NCBI GenBank assembly: GCA_963761985.1 | Contig: CAVXIT010000003.1 | Span: 55,237-119,236 of the forward strand | Source: an uncultured Acidimicrobiia bacterium | GTDB lineage: Bacteria > Actinomycetota > Acidimicrobiia > Spongiisociales > ZC4RG35 | Reading direction: 5' to 3' | Length of the DNA stretch: 64,000 bases | In this document: one piece after another, positions 59,936-64,000 of the stretch | Layout: each line of letters starts with the position of its first letter | How positions within the stretch are numbered: position 1 is the first letter of the stretch | The notes under the pieces: generated by a model | What the model was told of the DNA's origin: nothing | Database searches by the model: none | What the model saw: the letters and a program-made list of their open reading frames with translations, nothing else | Position numbers and translations under genes: made by a program

Positions 59936-61216
59936 TTGCAGTTCAAGGGTTCTTTGCGCTCACCCGGTGACCGTGGTCCCGGGATAAGAGTTTCTCTGGA
60001 GGTGGACGAATACCACCTTCAAATTCGACGCGGAACCGAGCTGATGGGGCGCTGGTATCTCGCCGACGTCGAGGTGGTCCGCGACATCGCCGAACGGTTC
60101 ACCCTCTTCCTCGGCGACGACGAAATGGAGTTCCTGGCTGACGATGCACTCGTTTTTGCCTACGACGGCGTCACCCGGATGCAAACGGGGTGGGTGAACG
60201 CCCAAAAGAAGAAGCGCCGGCATCGACGGGCGGCCGCCGAGGCGGCAAGACGGAAGGACGAAGCTCCCGACGAAGAGGACATAGGGCCGGCCCAAATCGA
60301 GGAAGAACGCCGCCAGCCAACCCGAGCTGCGGCCAAGGCTCCGAGCTCGGAGCTCGCGAAGAAGCTCGCTGCGATCGCCGCAGCCGAGGATGCCGAGTTG
60401 AACTTTCCAGCGGCCGAGCGTTTCCCGCGTGAGAAACCGGGTGAAGCTCCGGAACCGCCCCTCGAGGTCGATTGGATTGCGGCCCGAGAAGAGATGGCGA
60501 TCGGCCGCGAGGAGCCAGTTTCCACGGTCGAGCCGGCCGCGAACGACGGCCGCCTTAAGAGACGGAAACCTGAGAAACGTGAACCGGAGAAACCTGAACC
60601 CGCCCCGGCGAGCGCGTCGCCTGACCTGTGGGTCGAAGTCGAACCGGCGGTTCCGCGGCCTGAACCCGAACCGGCGAGGCCGGCGGCTCGGCTGCCAAAG
60701 CCACAAGAACCAGAGCCGCAGCTGCCAAAGCCGCAACAGCCAGAGCCCGAATTACCTGAGCCAGAGTTGCAAGAGCCGCAATGGTTTGAGGTAACCGAAT
60801 CGGTGCCGTGGGCCGAGCCTGCCTGGCTGACACCAACCGAAGTGGGGGATGCCTCCGCGGCAGCTTCGGAGGAATGGGCAGAGCCGTCCTGGATCGCCCC
60901 CAATACCAGCGAAGCCCAAACCGCATCGGTCCCCCCAGCCGTGTCGGCGACTCAGACCCAAGCCCAGAGTGATCTGAGACGGCGGTTTGAAGCGCTTGAG
61001 CACGCAGCTCGCGACGAATCCTTTTCAGAAGGTCGAGACGACCCGAAGGCCAAGAAGAGACGCACGAAGACCGAGAAGGTTGAGAGGGTTGACAAGGCTG
61101 AGAAGGGAAAGCGGACCGCACGCGATGGCGCAGGCGGCCACTATCCAGATCGAAAAGCCCTCCCCACCCGAGCCCGAGCCGAACCATTTGAAGCCGGTCA
61201 AGTCGAAGCCGGCTGA
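59936..61216 (+). CDS. Hypothetical protein: globular N-terminal ~90 aa plus long Pro/Glu/Lys-rich low-complexity region
   Basis: 'HLQIRRGTELMGRWYLADVEVVRDIAERFTLFLGDDEMEFLADD', then 'PEPQLPKPQQPEPELPEPELQEPQ' repeats. The 3' end may really continue in the frame of 61125..61409. Confidence 0.45.
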   Translation: MQFKGSLRSPGDRGPGIRVSLEVDEYHLQIRRGTELMGRWYLADVEVVRDIAERFTLFLGDDEMEFLADDALVFAYDGVTRMQTGWVNAQKKKRRHRRAAAEAARRKDEAPDEEDIGPAQIEEERRQPTRAAAKAPSSELAKKLAAIAAAEDAELNFPAAERFPREKPGEAPEPPLEVDWIAAREEMAIGREEPVSTVEPAANDGRLKRRKPEKREPEKPEPAPASASPDLWVEVEPAVPRPEPEPARPAARLPKPQEPEPQLPKPQQPEPELPEPELQEPQWFEVTESVPWAEPAWLTPTEVGDASAAASEEWAEPSWIAPNTSEAQTASVPPAVSATQTQAQSDLRRRFEALEHAARDESFSEGRDDPKAKKRRTKTEKVERVDKAEKGKRTARDGAGGHYPDRKALPTRARAEPFEAGQVEAG

Positions 61217-61433
61217 AAAGCCGGTAGAGATCCGTAACGACGGGCACCACCCGATCGAGAGCAACGTCGGGCTGCTCGCCAAGCTTCGTCGAGCCCCGAA
61301 AGTGTCCGACGGCCACGTGCACGTCTACCAGGAGTCGCGCTCCACAGTTGGATTGACCCGCCGGGTCTGCCTTGAGTGTTCCCACGTCTCGATCAGCTCA
61401 GACGAGTAGCTCCAAGTCATTCACCTGGCAAAA

Positions 61434-61465
61434 CAAAGAGGACCGGCGGTTGCCGGTCCTCTTTG
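61434..61465. terminator. Bidirectional intrinsic terminator
   Basis: 'CAAAGAGGACCGGC-GGTT-GCCGGTCCTCTTTG' is a perfect 14-bp stem. T-run 'GAGTTTTTCCC' follows on the plus strand, and A-run 'AAAACAAAGAG' precedes it. Confidence 0.75.
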
Positions 61466-61478
61466 TGAGTTTTTCCCT

Positions 61479-61676
61479 CTATCGCTTCTTGGTGGTCTTC
61501 TTCGCAGCCTTCTTGGCTGGAGCTTTCCTTACCGCGGCCTTGCGGGCTGGAGCCTTCTTCGCCGATTTCTTGGCGGTCGACTTCTTCGCAGCCTTCTTGG
61601 CTGGAGCCTTCTTAGCGGTCGACTTCTTCGCCGCCTTCTTGGCTGGCCTCTTGGCCGTTGCCTTCTTCGTAGCCAT
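61479..61676 (-). CDS. Histone-H1-like Lys/Ala-rich DNA-binding protein (65 aa)
   Basis: From ATG 61676: 'MATKKATAKRPAKKAAKKSTAKKAPAKKAAKKSTAKKSAKKAPARKAAVRKAPAKKAAKKTTKKR', with tandem AKKA/PAKK repeats. Confidence 0.65.
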   Translation of the reverse strand: MATKKATAKRPAKKAAKKSTAKKAPAKKAAKKSTAKKSAKKAPARKAAVRKAPAKKAAKKTTKKR

Positions 61677-61759
61677 TTGTCCTCCTGTCGAGCGTGTCTT
61701 AGCGACACACGTGCACTTGGGGGAACATTCAAGCAATGTGTGCGGTGATACCTACATAC

Positions 61760-62857
61760 TTAGTTAATGGGGTGAAGCATTGCCTCCCGGACCATGTCTT
61801 CGACGTACCTGGTGGAGTGGCCGTAACCCTTGACGACCTCGTTCGACGTGTAATGGAGGACGCGAGAGACCCAGAGGTGAAAGGCAATCGTCTCCCAATC
61901 TCGGTCTGAAATATTCGCGTCAGTCAGCAGAACCTTGAGAGCGCCGAGCCAGGCTGGCGTGTCGATTTCGTAGTGCTGCTCGTGCAGGTTGGCGGCAATC
62001 GCCGGATCGAAATGTTCCCGCAGCAGAGAGAGTTGGGGATTCGTCAGCGGGCGTTGCAAGAGCCTTGCGCTCGCGGCGAAGTCGAATGCCACCAGGCCGC
62101 CGACATGGGAGTCAGGCGGCACGTCCGGATCGGCGTGATGTGCTGCAGGCTGAGGAGGGGCCCCGCCTCGGAGTCGCTGGAGCGCTCCGAGGCACTCCCC
62201 GAACATCGTTCTGAGCTCTTCGAGGTTTCCGTAAAGCTGATGATCCTTGCCCGCGGCGACACAGTTCTCATAGATGGAAAGCCCAAGTCGAGCAGTGATC
62301 GCAGTGATTAGCGTGTCGATCCCCCAATCACTTTGATCACGGACGAGGTCGTTTTTGGCGATGGCCTCCGCGGCACGGCGGGAAAACGCAACCTCCCCTG
62401 CCAGGGGTTGCTTGATCCGAGCCAACACGCTTCGTGGCCAGAGCATGGCCAACGCCGGCCGGACCAGCATGGCGGTGACCATCCCGTCGGTCGCGGCCCG
62501 CGGATAGAAGTGCCGAACTGTGTCGTAGCCGAGGTCGAGTCCGGATTCTGCGGCTTCGATCCAGCCCGGGTCGAAAGTCTTGATGTCGGCGTCGTAGAAA
62601 TGCAATCGGTCGCAGTCGGATTCCAGGAACAGGTCGAAGCCGGTGTTGATCGCATCGCCTTTCCCCGGCCGCAGGCTTCCGATACGTCGTTGGGTTTCGA
62701 GCCGGTATGTAGTGGAGAGTGCTCGAACTGACCTAACGGCTTCGTCGTCGTCGCCATGAATCCCGATGACTTCAGATACCCGCGGATGCGAGTTGGCCAG
62801 GTCCAGCGTGCGCACCACCAACGCCGGATCCTCGGAAAGGAAGGGCACGACCACCAT
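61760..62857 (-). CDS. mgs: Mannosylglycerate synthase-like glycosyltransferase (GT78-type, single-step pathway)
   Basis: From ATG 62857. From memory, it is collinear with Rhodothermus marinus MGS: 'VVVPF', 'HPRVSEVI', 'GSLRPGKGDAINT', 'HFYDADIKTFDPGWI', 'VRHFYPRAATDGMVT', 'SDWGIDTL', 'LSIYE', 'HQLYGNLEELRTMFGEC', 'FHLWVSRVLHYT'. Confidence 0.65.
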   Translation of the reverse strand: MVVVPFLSEDPALVVRTLDLANSHPRVSEVIGIHGDDDEAVRSVRALSTTYRLETQRRIGSLRPGKGDAINTGFDLFLESDCDRLHFYDADIKTFDPGWIEAAESGLDLGYDTVRHFYPRAATDGMVTAMLVRPALAMLWPRSVLARIKQPLAGEVAFSRRAAEAIAKNDLVRDQSDWGIDTLITAITARLGLSIYENCVAAGKDHQLYGNLEELRTMFGECLGALQRLRGGAPPQPAAHHADPDVPPDSHVGGLVAFDFAASARLLQRPLTNPQLSLLREHFDPAIAANLHEQHYEIDTPAWLGALKVLLTDANISDRDWETIAFHLWVSRVLHYTSNEVVKGYGHSTRYVEDMVREAMLHPIN

Positions 62858-62910
62858 TGTCCGCGGCGGGGTCGATGGGCTTTCTGACACTGGGCGATAC
62901 GCTACCGACG

Positions 62911-63951
62911 ATGCCTTCCATCGTTCCCGTCGTCCTTTCGGGCGGCGTCGGCACCCGCCTCTGGCCGCTCTCGCGCCAGGCGGAGCCGAAGCAGTTTCAG
63001 GCCTTGATCGGGAGCGAAAGCATGCTCGCCCAAACACTGGCGCGGCTTCCCGAGTATCTCGCCAACGCGATCGTGGTGGCCAACGTGGCCCATGTTGGCG
63101 AGCTCTCCGCTCACGCCGGAGGGATCCGCATCCTTGCCGAGCCGGAGGGGCGCAACACAGCCCCGGCAGTAGCCGCGGCCGCACTCACATCGGATGCAGA
63201 CGACATCCTGGTCGTCATGCCCGCCGATCATCACATCGCTCAAGTCGATGAATTCCGCGAAGCGCTAACGCTTGCGCTCGACACAGCCCGCGCCGGCTAC
63301 CTGACAACATTCGGCATTGTGCCCGGCGGGCCCGAAACGGGCTTTGGCTACATAGTCCCCGGAGAAAGCGCCCTGAATGGTGATGATCTGGGAGCGGCCC
63401 GACGCATCGAAAAATTCGTCGAAAAGCCCTCGATCGACCAGGCGAAGGAGTTGATTCAGCAGGGGGCACTGTGGAACAGCGGGATGTTCGTTTTCCCGAT
63501 CTCGGTCCTGCTCGAAGAGCTCGGCCGGCTCGAACCCGAGCTCCTGCGGGCGGTGCAGTCCTCCCTGGCATCTTCGACCGAGAATTCATGGGGCCGCCTC
63601 CTCGGCCGGGAGTTTTCAGACGCCAAGAGCGTTGCCATCGACGTTGCAGTGATGGAAAGAACTCACCGGGCGGCGGTCGTGCCGCTTTCCGCCGGCTGGA
63701 GCGACATCGGCTCGTGGGCGTCGTTATGGGAACTCGGGGAGAAAGACCGCGCCGGCAACGTGGTCGTCGGCCCGGTGACCATGCATCAATCGTCGGGAAG
63801 CTACGTCCGGTCGGAAGGGCCGCGCATTGCGGTGAGCGGGGCCGATGACCTGGTGATCGTGGCGACGGCAACGTCGGTCCTCGTCACCAAACGCGAGAAC
63901 GCCCAGTCGGTCAAGACCCTGTTCGAAATGCTTGCGCCCGAGGATCGCTGA
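62911..63951 (+). CDS. manC: Mannose-1-phosphate guanylyltransferase
   Basis: 'PVVLSGGVGTRLWPLSRQAEPKQF', 'GRNTAPAVAAAAL', 'VMPADHHI', 'FGYI', 'WNSGMFVF', 'GWSDIGSW'. ATG 62911 is preferred. Confidence 0.85.
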   Translation: MPSIVPVVLSGGVGTRLWPLSRQAEPKQFQALIGSESMLAQTLARLPEYLANAIVVANVAHVGELSAHAGGIRILAEPEGRNTAPAVAAAALTSDADDILVVMPADHHIAQVDEFREALTLALDTARAGYLTTFGIVPGGPETGFGYIVPGESALNGDDLGAARRIEKFVEKPSIDQAKELIQQGALWNSGMFVFPISVLLEELGRLEPELLRAVQSSLASSTENSWGRLLGREFSDAKSVAIDVAVMERTHRAAVVPLSAGWSDIGSWASLWELGEKDRAGNVVVGPVTMHQSSGSYVRSEGPRIAVSGADDLVIVATATSVLVTKRENAQSVKTLFEMLAPEDR

Positions 63952-64000
63952 GTGTGGCGGAGAGCCCGTGCGGCAACTGTCGGACTACTCCTGTTCGCCT

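Noticed and set aside
62858-63184. 109-codon N-terminal extension of the MGS-like ORF, and likewise 43707..43949 for the nuclease and 46408..46539 for the MFS
   Set aside because: The extensions overlap upstream or divergent genes and have Arg/Pro-rich junk composition. Internal ATGs give family-typical N-termini and 4-nt overlaps.

Overview
GC-rich bacterial chromosomal segment. The gene content looks like Actinomycetota: an SCO1664 / DUF3090 / MSMEG_4193-type phosphomutase triad, an LLM-class F420-type oxidoreductase, and a NIF3 / zinc-ribbon / RNase H block. An Acidimicrobiia-like origin is only a guess. I support about 55 protein-coding genes, many joined by 4-nt start/stop overlaps (ATGA/GTGA/TTGA). 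I also support an RNase P RNA (minus strand, about 14821..15173) and a single-aptamer glycine riboswitch ahead of gcvP. I found no rRNA, tRNA, CRISPR array, transposase or integrase. Main blocks: (i) 1..4874 holds four adjacent genes, each broken by several frameshifts (sugar ABC permease, sugar-binding lipoprotein, Gfo/Idh/MocA oxidoreductase, CRTAC1/ASPIC-UnbV protein), and an aquaporin at 15.6-16.3 kb is decayed the same way. (ii) A thioredoxin-fold, deiodinase-like gene has an in-frame TGA at the active-site position (T-U-P-Y-C), followed after 11 nt by a hairpin with a GGUC loop, which matches the geometry of the E. coli fdhF SECIS. (iii) A Fur-family regulator with cbiMNQO. (iv) A complete System I cytochrome c maturation operon (ccmABCDEFHG). 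(v) A coupled operon of a Cas4-like PD-(D/E)XK Fe-S nuclease and two small P-loop GTPases with deviant G3/G4 motifs. (vi) A tightly coupled herA - sbcD/mre11 - sbcC/rad50 - nurA-like operon with the gene content and order of the archaeal end-resection operon. This is my top candidate for the unusual system. (vii) A GT78-type single-step mannosylglycerate synthase placed divergently to manC, plus an LEA-like repeat protein and a histone-H1-like Lys/Ala-rich protein. Non-coding features: a dispersed family of 7-bp-phased TCAGA arrays at four intergenic sites (two of them bracket a 309-bp ORF as inverted repeats), a 6 x 12-bp TTGCC tandem array, and an unexplained structured GC-rich leader. All family calls come from motif reading of the translations. 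No database search was run.
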